Source: Amphiscolops sp. MND2022
Lineage: Eukaryota
NCBI GenBank assembly: GCA_964187785.1
Contig: OZ076409.1
Span: forward strand, 80,106,001 to 80,170,000
DNA: 64,000 bases
Reading direction: 5' to 3'
The position numbers and the translations under genes were made by a program. Position 1 is the first letter of the stretch. Each line of letters starts with the position of its first letter. Below the pieces are notes generated by a model. It was given only the letters and a program-made list of their open reading frames with translations. It was not told where the DNA came from and made no database searches. Below are positions 1 to 13,033 of the stretch, piece by piece.

Positions 1-593
1 TCAAAGTTAATAACTCATACCACAACTGCATTACCTTCACATATCCTTCCGTTCATGAAAAATTATAATCGAAAATAAACTATTCACCATTGGTGCTTGC
101 TCTTAAACTTCATTTTTTAAATTCAATTTCTCGGTCAAATTATTCGAATACATTTTTATTCAGTTTTCTTTTTTGGCAAAGCACACAATCGCTTCAACAT
201 GAACCGAAATCTTGAAATGCTTCTGGTCAGGGTAAACAATGATCGTTGAAACAGTAAAAAGTTCTCCGATTTCACTGAACAAGTGATTACAAGAACAATT
301 TTTGCCAATAATATATCAAAGTTAATAACTCATACCACAACTGCATTACCTTCACATATCCTTCCGTTCATGAAAAATTATAATCGAAAATAAACTATTC
401 ACCATTGGTGCTTGCTCTTAAACTTCATTTTTTAAATTCAATTTCTCGGTCAAATTATTCGAATACATTTTTATTCAGTTTTCTTTTTTGGCAAAGCACA
501 CAATCGCTTCAACATGAACCGAAATCTTGAAATGCTTCTGGTCAGGGTAAACAATGATCGTTGAAACAGTAAAAAGTTCTCCGATTTCACTGA
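1..593. repeat. Tandem duplication with 315-bp period (1-278 matches 316-593), beginning before the window
   Basis: Identical sequence from tcaaagttaataactcatac at positions 1 and 316 through ...gatttcactga at 278 and 593. Confidence 0.95.
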
Positions 594-639
594 TAGCAAA
601 ATTTAGTTGTGTTTATTATAGTTGTGCTTACATGAACTG

Positions 640-2146
640 CTTACTCGAGAAAGTGAAAGAAGACGCACGCTGACTAGCAGGACCGTTTCCGTCCAGACTG
701 TTCAAGCAACGACGTAATTTTGAGGCTCAACAGTACCCACTGCATTGTGAAAATGAATTGAAGTTTAAAGAAAAACTTTTGACAATTTTTGATGAAGTTC
801 ATCCATTTTCAAAGCAAACAATTACTTCAAATAACACTTTATGCCCAAAGGTTTTGTAGTCCTACTGTGTGTATACCAATAGGTAGCATACAATATTTTT
901 GTATTTTTGCTCAAAAAGTTACTAAAATGTCAAAAATTGGAACAATTTGATGTTTTCAAAAACTTTGGGGTCATTTTGAAGAACTTTTTGGCAAAAAACT
1001 GCAAGTATTTCTTCCAAAGTGACTACTGAACACCTCGAAAATTCAAGTTTTCCTTTAAAAGACGTGCTGCTTAGCAAATAATTCGTTCAATTTTAATCTG
1101 AAACGTACCCAGGGCTACATACCGACCCTGCCAAATTTTCTAATTTTACAAAACCTTCGGAAATTCTCCAAAATTGGGAAGAGTTAGTCGAAACTTGGAA
1201 AATTCGGATATTTTAAACCCTTTGTTATTATTTTTGAGGAACTTCATTTTACTTTCTTTACGAAATAGTGATTCGAATATTTGAATTGCCATTGTTTCAG
1301 CGTTCAGGTCAACGGAAGGTTTGTTCAAAAATTTTTACATAAATCGAAACTTTGGTGTTTTAGATTCTTTCGACTGTTTCTTAACACAAACGGCAAGTAT
1401 TTCCTGAAACGTGTTCTGAATAATACATCAACGTCGTTGAACAATTTAATCTTGCTTGTCTACGATTTTTAAAAACTTTTACCAACTTTTAGCGTCCGTC
1501 CTAGGTTTTTTTGGAAAAAAAACGTAATGTATAACTAGTTTAACTGCTGAGAGTTTTTGAACTTTCCATTCTTTCAGATTAATGTAACTTCGTTGTTGAA
1601 AAAGTTCAGCAAAATTACAAAAAATAGAAAACTTTGATTTTTTTGATAAATTTGAGGTCATTTTGAGACACTTTTCTAGAATACTGCATATGTATTCTCA
1701 AAAACCCCTACTGGATGCCGGTATATTGGTTGTTGAAAGTTAACACCATTCTTACTCACCATATCGCTCGAAAAGTGCATAGGTTTACAAAAAAGTGAAA
1801 AATCAAGTTAAAACTACGGGTTTTTGATTTCTTTGGGATATTCTGAGGTATTTTTATATATTCGAAACTACAATTTTTTAAAAGACGCACTGCATACATA
1901 ATTATATGCATAAATTGATTCAGAGTCAAAAATACTTTGAGGACGATGTTTGATCACGGGTCTTGGAAAATATAAGCGTCTTTACTTTATTAGCTGTGAT
2001 TGCAAATTTTCTTTTGAGATCGACGCTTCTGAAACGAGTTGCATGTCAATTCGACAGTTGACTGAAGGCGTCATTTTACGGAACAAAGAAACAATAGCAC
2101 AAAAGCCGCCTGAACAGCAGGCAAACACTTATCGATAATAAACTAG
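640..2146 (+). repeat. Diverged interspersed repeat, copy 1, with internal degenerate AT-rich units; possible Helitron-type 3' end
   Basis: About 655-900 aligns by eye with about 4295-4520 (agacgcacgctgactagcagga / agacgcccgctgaccggcagga). A gcctg...caggc hairpin at 2108-2122 is followed by CTAG|T at about 2143-2147. Confidence 0.45.
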
Positions 2147-2196
2147 TGTACGCAATGCTCTAAATTGGACGCAATTTCTTAAAAACGCCATGCTTT

Positions 2197-2902
2197 CCGG
2201 CCCAAGTCGGCGCCATATCCAAGGCTCAAAAATAGCAAAAGGACTTCCGAGTGTCAATTTACAGTACTCGAAAATCGAAAAACCAAAAAAAGTGAACCGG
2301 GTGGCGCGCCGGGGCCCGCTAACGCGAGCCCCTGGTACGCTAAAAGGGGGGACACTTCTGAAATTGTCAGCATTTTTGTCGCAGTTGAAGGGGGACCCTT
2401 TGGCGAAAAAACAAATTTTCGAAAAAAAGTCTCACAATGCCGAAAAACAGAAAGGGGGACCCTTCGGGATTTTTAAACACCCATTCTGTTGTAAAATATC
2501 AAAGAAATTGAAAGGGGGACCCTTTGGAGAGAATAAAAATTAGAGAAAAAAAGTCTCACAATGCCGAAAACTGAAAGGGGACCCTTGGGGGTTTTTCAAC
2601 ATCCTTTCTGTCGCAAAACAGGGAAAAAATTGAAAGGGAGACCCTTTGGGAAAAAATTTCCGAAAAAAGTCTCGCAGTGCCAAAAAAATTGAAAGGGGGG
2701 ACCCTTTGGTGTCGCCCGGTATGGTATGTTACGCGAGAAAACAGGAAAAACCTTTTTGGTTCAGTTCGCTAGGCCAAATGGTGCAATTTGGTGCAATAAT
2801 ACTTTGTAGAACTTTTAAGAACTATTTTGGTCCGTTCGTGTGGATTATTATAAGAGTCAATTTAATAGTCGCGTTTCACTTCATGAAGCGCCGACTAAAA
2901 AA
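2197..2902 (+). mobile_element. Non-autonomous Helentron/DINE-1-like (HINE) element
   Basis: Has 5' subterminal AGTCGGCGC, internal aaagggggaccc minisatellite and a GC-rich core, and ends in the palindrome tagtcgcgtttcacttcatgaagcgccgacta followed by an A-run. Same family as 19649-20263. Confidence 0.6.
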
Positions 2903-3640
2903 AACTTCGAATTTGAGTTACAGAAGTTATGACAGAACTTGGTGGATGAAATGACTGAGGAAAATCCCTGGCTAAAACGGAAATCCTAAAGAAAAACGAA
3001 AACAATATCAGTGGTGGTTAGATTTCAATTCATTTTTGTACTTTTGAAGGTTACCAGACAAAAACGCCCCAGAAAAAAGCGCCCAAAATACGCAGTCAAA
3101 AGCGCTCCAGTCATAAGCGCCTCAATCAAAGTCTATAGAGGATTTGCTGACTCTTTTCCATATTATCAGTATTTCATCTCAAACCAGTGTATTGACAAAT
3201 TGATTCATTAACAAAGTGAAATAGGTCGTTCAGAAAAGCCAAAACTCTCAGTTTAAGTAGTTTTCACTTGAGATTGGTTTGGTGTGAAAATGTCAAGTCT
3301 GGCATTACCAGATTGTTAACCTTGTGTTTGAATACATTCAATTGGGTTTAATTAGAGGCGATGAAAGCAACTCAAAAATTAGTAAGGCGTTTTGCATTGG
3401 GGCAATTTACAAAACCTTGAGGTATATTTTCTGGGGAAAAAGATTTGCAACAAAAAACTGGACTGTGATTTTTCTCTTTTGCTCAAATTAATTTTTTTCA
3501 GTTTCAATTAACTGTTTAACATGTTTATAATATGATATCTGCCCGATTCACAAAAATGCTCGTTTCAAATTGGATTTATTTGTGATATATCTTGGTAAGC
3601 AAGGACAAAAATAGCGAAAACAAACGGAAATGAATTGTTA

Positions 3641-3986
3641 TTACAAATTGTTTTCTTTGTGGTTTTCTTCAGTGTTTTCGGAGCTGTAAATATTGTCACT
3701 TTGACTGATGTTGGCACCTTCACGTGGGTGTTGTGTGGGTGCAAAGTTGCGAGTTGTGGAATAATTGGAATGAAGAGATTCTTCGAAGATAGGCTGCTTG
3801 AACATGTTCTTGTTTAGCTTGCAGAAGTAGAACAGAAGTACAGGCAGGATAAAGCAGCCGTTAAGGTAGCTGTGGGCGAATATGGTAACCACTGCATACC
3901 CTATCTCTCGGAACATCTGGCTATTGGCAAACATCAACAGAGAAATACCTGTTATTGTCGTCAGGGCTGAGTTCGTCAAGGGGACG
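3641..3986 (-). CDS. Patched-related (PTCHD/Ptr-like, SSD/RND) protein, exon 8 (last): TM11-12 and C-tail
   Basis: Acceptor ttttttccag| in phase 2. Translates VPLTNSALTTITGISLLMFANSQMFREIGYAVVTIFAHSYLNGCFILPVLL...ENNL*, matching the Patched-family C-terminal TM pattern. Confidence 0.85.
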
Positions 3987-4279
3987 CTGGAAAAAACACA
4001 CTTTTATATCATTGAAAAATCAAATGATACATTACTGCATGAACCAAGAGGCGTAGTAATTATGCCAAAATAAATCTTCCATGTTTTAATGACAAATGGC
4101 AAAATTCAACTGTTAGCATGTTGAAATGATCCAATGAAATTTAAGACATATTCGAGAAAGTCGCTTTCGAAAACGACGTCATAGTTATCCGAAACGACAC
4201 TACTAGTAGACTAATCAGAATTCGCGACAAACCAAAATTTTATGAGCTCCTTTGAGCAACCAGTGATATTTGTTCATGT

Positions 4280-7158
4280 TTCACTCAAATCAAGAAATCA
4301 AGACGCCCGCTGACCGGCAGGATATATGCCGTCCAAACTGTTCTATCAACGACATATTCAAAGCTGGAGAGTAGCCTTTGCACTATGAAAACGCATAGAA
4401 ATTTGGTGAAAAACCTTTTGAAACTTTTTGATTAACGTCATCCAACTTCAGAAGGAAACACTTCGAGAACACACTAAACACCTATTTGTTTTGTCGTCGG
4501 CCTGAGTGGATACCAAAAACTAACCGACCAATTTTTCATAATTTGCACTAAAATTCACTATATCCGTTGAAAATTTCAGAAATTTTCGACTTTTCGACAA
4601 TTTTGCGGTCATTCGAGGCACTTTTCTAAGCAACTGCAGGTGTCTTTTCAAAAACGCCAATTGGATACGGGGTTCAGTCGTTGTTGACTCACGAAATTGC
4701 TCGAACAGTTTACAAAAAAAGTATTGAAAAATTTCGAAAACAATAAAATTTTGGATATTTTCGATTGATTCAAGTCTTTCACACGCATATTTTACATACA
4801 AATATTTAAACTTCTTTTTCGAAACAATTTGGTTTTACTAAATTTTGGTAACTTTTATTAACAAATCACTAAATTGTCAAGCAACTACCAAAATTTGATT
4901 TTTTTAAAACTCTTTTAGGGTCTTTTCTAACGTGAAACTGCAATTGACCCTCAAAAAGCCTTCTCGATAACGCATTTGTCCGCTTTTGAACGTTTGCGGT
5001 CTTCCAAAGGACGGAACGTGTCGAAAAATTCAGAAACTTTGCGAAAGAAACGTTGAACTTGTTTTTTTTTTCAAATTCATCCTGGTCACTTTTGAAGTGT
5101 TTTTGAAGCGAAACACTGCAATTCTCTCTTCAAAAGAGCATATTGCATAGCAAATTTGTTCGGTTTTGAGTGCTTTGAACATTCTAGACACAACAATTTG
5201 CTTTTATTGTTTCAAAAAGACTACTGCACATAATAATCAAATGTGGATTTAAAATTCCAAAGTTCTAATTTACAAAATCTTTCCAATTTTCGGAAAATTG
5301 TTGCGGTAAAAAAATTCAAATATATCAGATTTTTTGGTTTTTTGGGGCCATTTTGAAGCTTTTTTCGAACATGAAACTGCAAAGCAATTTGAAAAAGTCT
5401 ACTCTACTTTGTGTTTGTTTGCTGTTGAATGTTTCCATTCAGCTGAAAAACGAAAGTTACGAATTTTCCAATGAAACTCGTTGTCGTAACAGTTTTGGAT
5501 TTTCGACTCCTCTGGACATTTCTGAAATATTGTTCAACCTAAAAAACTACAAAGTTTTCCTTGAAAAGGCGTGTTGCATAGCTTCATAAAAAGTCTGGAG
5601 CTTTAGGACCGTCAAACTCACAAAAACTTCCACAAACAATCACTAAAATTGTCAAAAATAGGAGTAATTCGGTATTTCAGATTTTTTGAGTCATAATGAG
5701 ACAACAAATGAGCCAAGCACAAATCAGCAAATACCTCCCACAAAAGCCAACTGGATATCAACTGCAATCGCGGGGTTGAACCATTTTATTTTTCTAATCC
5801 TCGAAACGTTTTGAAAATTTGTCAAAGTTTGCACAAAAACGTTTAAGAGTTTCAATTTTTCTTGTTTCCGAATCAACGGGTCCTTTTGGAGTGTTTCTAA
5901 CGTAAAACACTCCATTTTCCCATCAAAAACGGATACTACATTCCTACTTTTTTACGTCCTATTTGTTTGAACCTAACTTACAAAAACTCTTGAAAATTGC
6001 TCTCAAATAACATGAAAAACTTCATATACTTGAACTTTTTGAATTTTTTGACCATATTTTTGTCAAATCGAAGCAATATTTTCTAAATTTCGTTTTTTCC
6101 TTCAAAAAACTGATTGACAACAAATCAGTGGTTGAACGGTTTTAGAGTTCTAGTTTATGAAAACGCTGAAAAATTCACGAAATTTGTGTTAAAAGTTTAA
6201 GAAGTGAGATTTTTTGACAATTTTGGGGTCATTGAAACAATTTTTTTTAAAAACTGTATTTTACTCCCTGAACGACTTTTTTGGACAACCATATGATTCG
6301 TTGTTGAACCTTATCACTGTTCTGATCCACGAAAACTCTTGAAGGTTTGACAAAACTTGAATAGAAACCTGAAAAATTGGTAAATTTAGGGTTTTTGTCT
6401 TTTTCGGTCGCAATCGGAGCCTTTTATTCAATAAAACCTGCGTTTATTTCTTCACAGAAGCAACCCGGACAACGAATTCTCTCCTTGTTGAACATTTCCA
6501 ACATTCTAAACCACCAAGGTTTCCGAGAATTTGACAAGAGTTTCATAAAAACGTTAAAACTCACTTTTTTAGAATTTTTCAAACAAAAATTGCATTGAAT
6601 TCTTCAATGAAGCCGGTTGGACATTGCGTTCTTTCCTTGTTGAACCTTTCCAACATTCTAAGCCAGCACTTTTATCGAAAATTTAACAAAAATTGCTGAA
6701 ACACGTTTAAAATCTGAACTTTTCGGATCTTTTTTCAATTTCAGTCTAATTGAAAAATTGCATTTATTACTTCAAAAAGCCTCTTTGGACAACTAATTTT
6801 CAACATCCTAAGTCACCAAATCTACCGAAAATTTTTAAAAAATTGCATAAAAGCGTTAAAAAACGGTAAATTTTGGAATTTTGGTCATTTTCGGACGCAA
6901 TTTGAGCGTCGGGTTTTTCAAAGAAAAGTAGTTCATTTCTTCACACAAGCCTCTTGGACAACGAATTTTTTTCCGTTTTGAACATTTTCAACATTCTAAG
7001 CCGCCAAATAAACCGAAAGCTTAAAAAAATTTCATAAAAACGTTAAAAATCGAAAATAATTGTGACGTTTTTGGGGTCATTTCTGGGTCATTCTGGGGTC
7101 TTTGGGGTCAACTAAGAAAGTCCAAAAATCGCTACAAATACATATCGCATGATACTAG
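4280..7158 (+). repeat. Diverged interspersed repeat, copy 2, containing a degenerate ~150-170-bp tandem array
   Basis: Unit ttcttca-aagcc-ttggacaacgaatt-gttgaacatttccaacattctaagccacc recurs at about 6449, 6600, 6768 and 6937, with more decayed units upstream. Region ends at ...gatactag|ttt. Confidence 0.55.
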
Positions 7159-7938
7159 TTTTACGTCAGTTGAATTCTATGGGTGAAGCTAGCTTGGATA
7201 TAAGTTTGGTGCTTGGCAACTTTTGTAAAAAAAACGGTTTGATTTAAATATTTTCCTCTTCCATAAGAAATATGGTCAGAGAATAACAAATTGAAACTCT
7301 TCTTTCCAACCTTCAGCCTTTTGCTTGACAGTCCAGCTTTTTTTATTATCGACCATCTGCACATGTGAATTGTATTGCCAAGCTACGATTGCTCTGCCTA
7401 TGTAGAGGCTAATAATAATACGCCATGACAAAAAGCGTGCTTCAACTTACTTCAAGTCATCGAAGTATAAATGATTGTTTAACTTCTTTTCTAAAATTTG
7501 AGAAAAAATCAATCCAAAATTTCAAATGAAAACAACGTTTTTCATCGATGCATACCTCATACCTTGTAAAACTAAAACAAGTTCGTTTTCATCAAAAGCA
7601 ATCAGAAGTGATTAGTTTATTGCCCTAGAGTGCCAATACGGGATATTTTTTGAGCCAAAAATTCAAGAGTTTGAGCACTGAAGATGATGAAATATTCCGC
7701 ATTTTTCCAACAAAAAAATGTTGGATTCATTGCAGCTCCGTGTCAATAGTTCGATTGAACTTTTGTGGCACATCAAATCTTATTTACAACCTTATTTTAC
7801 ATTCAATACACTACTAAATCACCGTTTCAATTTTCAAAGAAATATTCCAAAGGGTCACTTGTTAATGGTTTTTTTTCAGTTGAGCCTGAAAGTTTTTTTT
7901 TCAAAAAAATAACTCTAGTTGTTTTTTGAGATACTCAC

Positions 7939-8095
7939 CTGATCTCTGTCATCGTCTTAGCAAGGACTGTGTTTAAGTCTGACTTGGTGACCCTGTGGGC
8001 ATTGAAGAAGCACCTGCCGCTGTGAGCCACGTAGTCTATGCACATACCCATTGCTATGAGAGACACCACGTAGGTCTGGGTACAATAGGTCAAAC
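7939..8095 (-). CDS. Patched-related protein, exon 7 (TM10)
   Basis: ttctag|...|gtgagt, phase 1 to 2. Translates GLTYCTQTYVVSLIAMGMCIDYVAHSGRCFFNAHRVTKSDLNTVLAKTMTEI, containing the GxxxD-Y-x-AH motif of the Patched family. Confidence 0.85.
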
Positions 8096-8123
8096 CTAGA
8101 AATCAATTCTGTGATAAGGACAA

Positions 8124-8327
8124 CCCTATTTGAGAAAAATACAAATCTTGCTAGATTCTTGCAAGATCTTGACAAAAAATACAAACCTTGCAATATTCTG
8201 GCAGAAAATACATTTCTTGCAAGAATCTTGCAAGATTCTTGCAAGAAATATTTTTTCTGTCAGGTTCTTGCCAGAAAGGTACTTTCTGCCAGAATCTTGC
8301 AAGATTTGTATTCATTTTCAACCAGGA
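8124..8327. mobile_element. MITE with cttgcaag-rich interior
   Basis: Imperfect TIRs ccctatttgagaaaaatacaaatcttgc ... gcaagatttgtattcattttcaaccagg, with many tcttgcaaga palindromes inside. Confidence 0.75.
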
Positions 8328-8962
8328 AATACATGTTGATGCAGTAGATTATCAAAGCCCATAGTATTCGAAATTTCCGTTATCTTAACCTTTGAATTTT
8401 GAAATCGAAAAATCAATTCTGTGAATGGAACCGGCAAGAAGTTTAAGCAACATTAAAACATCAAAAGGTTACATCAAATGAACACCATTGTAATTCCGAT
8501 GAGTTGGCTGCTAGCGAAATTAAAATACTTTGCGTGTCGTTATACACTAGAGTACTGAAAAGCTGAAGACAACTAGTTTGGCAATGAGAGAGTTTTCATG
8601 GCGCAATAATTCTTCGGATATACATTAGATTAAAAAGTATTGAAATCAAAAGCGTCTCAAGTTTGGAAACTGGAAAATTACAAAATTTACATCACTTTAA
8701 ACTTTCTCGAATTCGGTGCGTTTTCGATTTCCTTCGGGCAAAACACAATTTTAAAGTTATTTCTGCCGTTTTTCGGCCTGCATGATGAAAGTAAACTTGA
8801 AGCTTCAATGAATAATTCGATGCCACCTCAAATACATTTGTATCTTCAGAGTTTTAGAGCATGTATTCCCTAGTCTGTAGAGACTGAATCTATCAATGAA
8901 CGCTCAACATACGGTGACAAACTTTCTCCCAAAAATTGACGAGAATGAAGTTTTGGTCTTAC

Positions 8963-9079
8963 CGATTAGAGACATTGTTCCAAGAATGTGAACGAATGTG
9001 AAGCCTGTCATGAGAAGAATTGTTACGATTAGAAGCATGTGAGGAATGAATAATGTCACCATCACGAGACAGCAAGCGC
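8963..9079 (-). CDS. Patched-related protein, exon 6 (TM8-9)
   Basis: tttcag|...|gtaaga, phase 1 to 1. Translates GACCLVMVTLFIPHMLLIVTILLMTGFTFVHILGTMSLI. Confidence 0.85.
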
Positions 9080-9557
9080 CTGAAACGAAATCATTTGTAA
9101 CTGGGCACGAGCTGAGAACTTTGTCAGAGAAAATTTGCTCTGCAAGCTGATAATGTTGAAATAGTTCAAACTTTTGTATACTCGATGCTAGTAGCTTGAG
9201 TGATGAAATCATGGAGAAACAACGATAGGAATAACCGGGAGTGGATCAAGATCTATTTTGTTACTACTTGTAACACTTAAGCCAGCTAGCATCAGCGTAC
9301 AAAGAAAAACATTCAATAATAACGTAATAATTAGTATTATATTATCCAGGGGAGGGCTAAATAAGAACCATGGTCTTAATGTTCCAGCTTATTTAATATT
9401 TTGCTTCGATATTTCTTAGTGTCGCTGGATCCCGTGAATGACAAAAATTTTTCTGGATGATCTTCATGATTGGTGATCTCACAACACTAACGATAAAAAA
9501 TCATGTTCTCATTCTTTTGCTTAGTTCTTAAATATTCAAAACATAACAATAGGAAAC

Positions 9558-10991
9558 CTGCAATTCCAACCGATCTCCACAGACTTCCCACCATCAAACA
9601 ATTGCGCCACATTAACGTAATACTCCAGTCATAGAATACAATATTCAAGTCTGAAAATTGTGTCTCCAAACCCACTAAGACGTCCATCAGTTCACATTCT
9701 TTGCTAGTGTCACCCATCTGAACCATTTTCCGCTTCGGTTTCATTGCTATGTAGTCCAAGTAGAGAACATTGACAGCCGTGTAGTTCGTATAATCGGGAA
9801 AACCCGGTTCAAAACCTGGGTCTGAGGAGAAAAGGATGGTATCTCCCAAATTTCCGCAGAAAATAGTTTCCCACTTCACTGAATAAGAGACACCTTCATC
9901 GCACTCTTCAACCAAGGCTTCTACTTTGTCATTGTATTTTTTGATCTGGGATAACCCATGTTGCTTGAAGTTCTCACAAATTCCTTCATGTTTTTTACGT
10001 TTGTTGGAGCCTAAAGACTGTGGATAATACAGCTCCAGCTCTTCGAACGGTACGGTATTGTTACGTAACCTTTCTGTAAAGTTCAAATAACAATTTAGCC
10101 ACGTGAGCTGAGAAACAACTTCGACCTGTGCAAACTCATTTCTGAGATGTAGCATTCGTTGAGAATAAAATGGATCGTAGAAGTAGGGATCAGGGATAAT
10201 AACTCGTGTCTGAGCCGACTTCCACAACGCATAGTCCCGAATGGCAACGTAATACTCTCGGCTTACTGAATTGTCATCGTAGTATTTGTCGTTTGCTTCG
10301 TAGGGCTTCATAATTGATATGTTATACACAGCACTTGCTGATATGCAGATAAAAAGAAGCACCCAAATAACACGGAAGAGGCCCTTCGAAGTTATGAAAA
10401 CGGCACTCCGCATTATTGATCTTTCGTAAACGTTGAAAACGTCGCCTCCAGTTTCAAAAATATTGCACCGTCGTTTAGGAATAGATTTCGTGGAGCTGTA
10501 CGAAGGAATGGGATACGGAAGTTTTCCCGTGCTGCTCAAATTTTTAAGACCTTCCTCCGGTACGAAAGAAGAAGCTTCAGGGTCGTTGTTCACAACAGCT
10601 CCGGTCCCGTAGCTCGTTTCTTCTTTTTCTTCTTTCTGTTCTTCCTTACGTACAACAAAATCGGTTTTTGACTTTTTTGGCTCATAGGCGCCGTCTATAT
10701 TGAATATTCGGATAGATTTGATAGCTAGACAAGGCAAAAAGAAAAAGAGTTCCGTGAGCCATAAGAAGGCTACACAGAGTGCTAGATAGACGCAGCAGAG
10801 GTTGACGGCTTGGAAGGGGGTGATAGCACCCACCCCGAACGCCCCGATCGCCGTGAAGTCCGACAGGGTGACACTGAGGAAACACCCCTCCACAGTCTCC
10901 ACCATTAGCTCCGTGTGGCTCCTGGGTCGTCCACTCCTGATCACCAACAGCCATTGATGCACAAGCAAAAAAGCAGAATCCAGTCCGATGC
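9558..10991 (-). CDS. Patched-related protein, exon 5 (SSD TM4-6, cytoplasmic loop, TM7, second luminal domain)
   Basis: Lies within the 512-aa ORF. tttcag|GIGLDSAFLLVHQW...SVTLSDFTAIGAFGVGAITPFQAVNLCCVY...SVGIA|gtttcc, phase 1 to 1. The donor position is inferred. Confidence 0.88.
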
Positions 10992-11726
10992 CTGAAACAA
11001 TTGTTTCAACTTCTGAAGTTAGCAACTACCTTCTGAAGTTTGAAAACTTTACCTGAAGATAGTTATATTACCAAGAAAATGAGACTGTTGTGACAATCTT
11101 TTTCCTTTTATGTAGGCAACGTTTTGTTTTTTTTTTGGAAAAAAACAAGCTGAATAGTCAAGAACCCGAAGAATTGATTATTCAATATCAAATTTCCACT
11201 GTATTAGATAGAATCCCGAAACGCGTAGGACAAAACAACTGCATTGAAAGAAGAAACTGTCGACAGTATTTTTCCAACTACGATTATTCAACTAGGAGGA
11301 TCACAATTAATGCCCATTGAATTGGTTTTTTTTGTCAAATTTCCATAGTACTCTAGAAGAGAAAGCGGTTGGCTCAGACTCAATTCAACCGGAACGAGAT
11401 CGGAGCGTTCAAAAAGGAGGAAACACTGGTCTTAAAATAGGTGCAGCGCAGGTGTTTCGGCTTTGAATTTTTATTCCACACAAAGTTTTTTGCTACGATT
11501 TTTTGACGATTTAAAAAAAAGCTTTTTCAAGTCCAAAACATCTTCGCTTCGTGTTTTTCGGCACAGTGAGTTTTTGAAAACTGTTTCCTACATATATGAA
11601 GTTCTTTGAATTTTAAGATTTTTGACTAAACAGGAAATACATGAAACAAAGTGAGTAAATGTTTTGAAGGTATAAATCAAGCCCTATTAGCATCCCCACT
11701 CCTGATTGCTTGAACTTTCAAAGATT

Positions 11727-12037
11727 GCTGCATTGTAATCCTACAAAATGTTTCCATACAGGCTCCCGAAAAATTAGCCTGCGTGTTTTCACGCAGCATG
11801 TAAAAGTGGAAATGTCTTCATTTTTATTTCAAAAAGTGGAGGCTGCATTGTAATCCTTCTAAATGTTTCCATACAGGCTCCCGAAAAATTAGCCTAGGTG
11901 TTTTCACGCAGCATGTAAAACTTTTACATGCTGCGTGAAAACACGTAGGCTAATTTTTCGGGAGCCTGTATGGAAACATTTAGAAGATTACAATGCAGCC
12001 TCCACTATTTGAAATAAAAATGAAAACATTTCCACTT
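11727..12037. repeat. ~115-bp direct repeat plus near-perfect ~235-bp palindrome centred at 11921
   Basis: 11804-11920 is the near-exact reverse complement of 11922-12037. The unit starting at about 11727 recurs at about 11842. Confidence 0.92.
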
Positions 12038-12505
12038 CGTCACCACCGCGATCACTTTGTTTTTACGCGTAAGTTTCTCAAGTACGTACCTTATGTAATC
12101 ACCATTAGTCAAATAGTACGCTGAATATGAAGCTACTTTGAAACCTATATTGTGACTGAAATTTATTTGCATTAAAATTGCGGTAAAATTGATGAAGGTC
12201 TCAGCTGCTTTCAAAATTAGAACGGCGTCTTAATGAAACCTGCAAAACTTTGCGGCCCAGTTTTGCCGCCAAATTTAGGCTGCATTTTACAGACAACTTG
12301 ATGAAATTAAATCGAATCAGTGAAGTTTTAATGCATGAACATTTCTTTTGAGAACTTTATAAAATGATGGAAAATTATCTTGGTAACCTACAAAAACATG
12401 TAAAACGTTCAAGCATATCTAAACAGGGATAGTAATGAAAGGACGTGAGGTATAGGTAGAAGGCCTTGGCTTCTACTCTGACCAAGGTCAGAACGTCGTT
12501 TACAG

Positions 12506-12580
12506 GATGGCGTTGTTGTTACAGCGCGAAGCTTTTAGGTGTAGAGTCGAAGGTTCGACCCTGGTCAACGCTCTCGGTTT
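12506..12580 (+). pseudogene. tRNA-like/SINE-head fragment
   Basis: A-box-like tggcgttgttg and B-box-like ggttcgaccc at tRNA spacing, but no clean cloverleaf. Confidence 0.35.
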
Positions 12581-12877
12581 TTAAAACTTTTTAATACTAA
12601 AAACGATTAATTAACTTTCCTGCTGCGTTTTGATTCTTTAATACTTACAGCCTTGGGCGGGGAGCCGACTTATGTCGATCTGGGTTTCTTGAGTTGTTGC
12701 TGTGAACCTCAAAGTGCATATTTGCATGAAGTAAATTTTTCTATGTCAAACAGTTGAGTCTGGAAGTTATCTTGTAACAAAAAACGAAAACTATTACAGT
12801 ACTTTTTGGAAACTTGATATGTCACCAATTATTGCTCACGTCGGACAATTTTTTTCACAAGGAACAACAATACCAAC

Positions 12878-13033
12878 CGATGATAAGGAAGGGTATGAAA
12901 GCAAGGAGTGATAAGTATTTGAATCTGCAGAGGTTTCCAATTGCCAGACCTGTCAGCACCGCTAGAATGGACATGGTCACTGCAGCGATGGCCATAAGTG
13001 CCTTGGAATAATGCCATGAGCTGCAATTCAAAC
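12878..13033 (-). CDS. Patched-related protein, exon 4 (SSD TM3-4)
   Basis: ttttcacag|...|gttggt, phase 1 to 1. Translates CLNCSSWHYSKALMAIAAVTMSILAVLTGLAIGNLCRFKYLSLLAFIPFLII, which joins GIGLD in exon 5 to give the SSD PFLxxGIGxD motif. Confidence 0.88.

Noticed and set aside
2190..2954. Lys/Gly-rich protein ORFs (also 19682-20493 and 44648-45187)
   Set aside because: Chance translations of the aaagggggaccc minisatellite in the HINE-like repeats.
9487..11025. Stand-alone 512-aa single-exon gene
   Set aside because: It starts at a non-ATG codon in mid-SSD; splice sites and phases show it is an internal exon.
12506..12580. Functional tRNA gene
   Set aside because: It has A/B-box-like motifs, but I could not pair convincing acceptor and anticodon stems.
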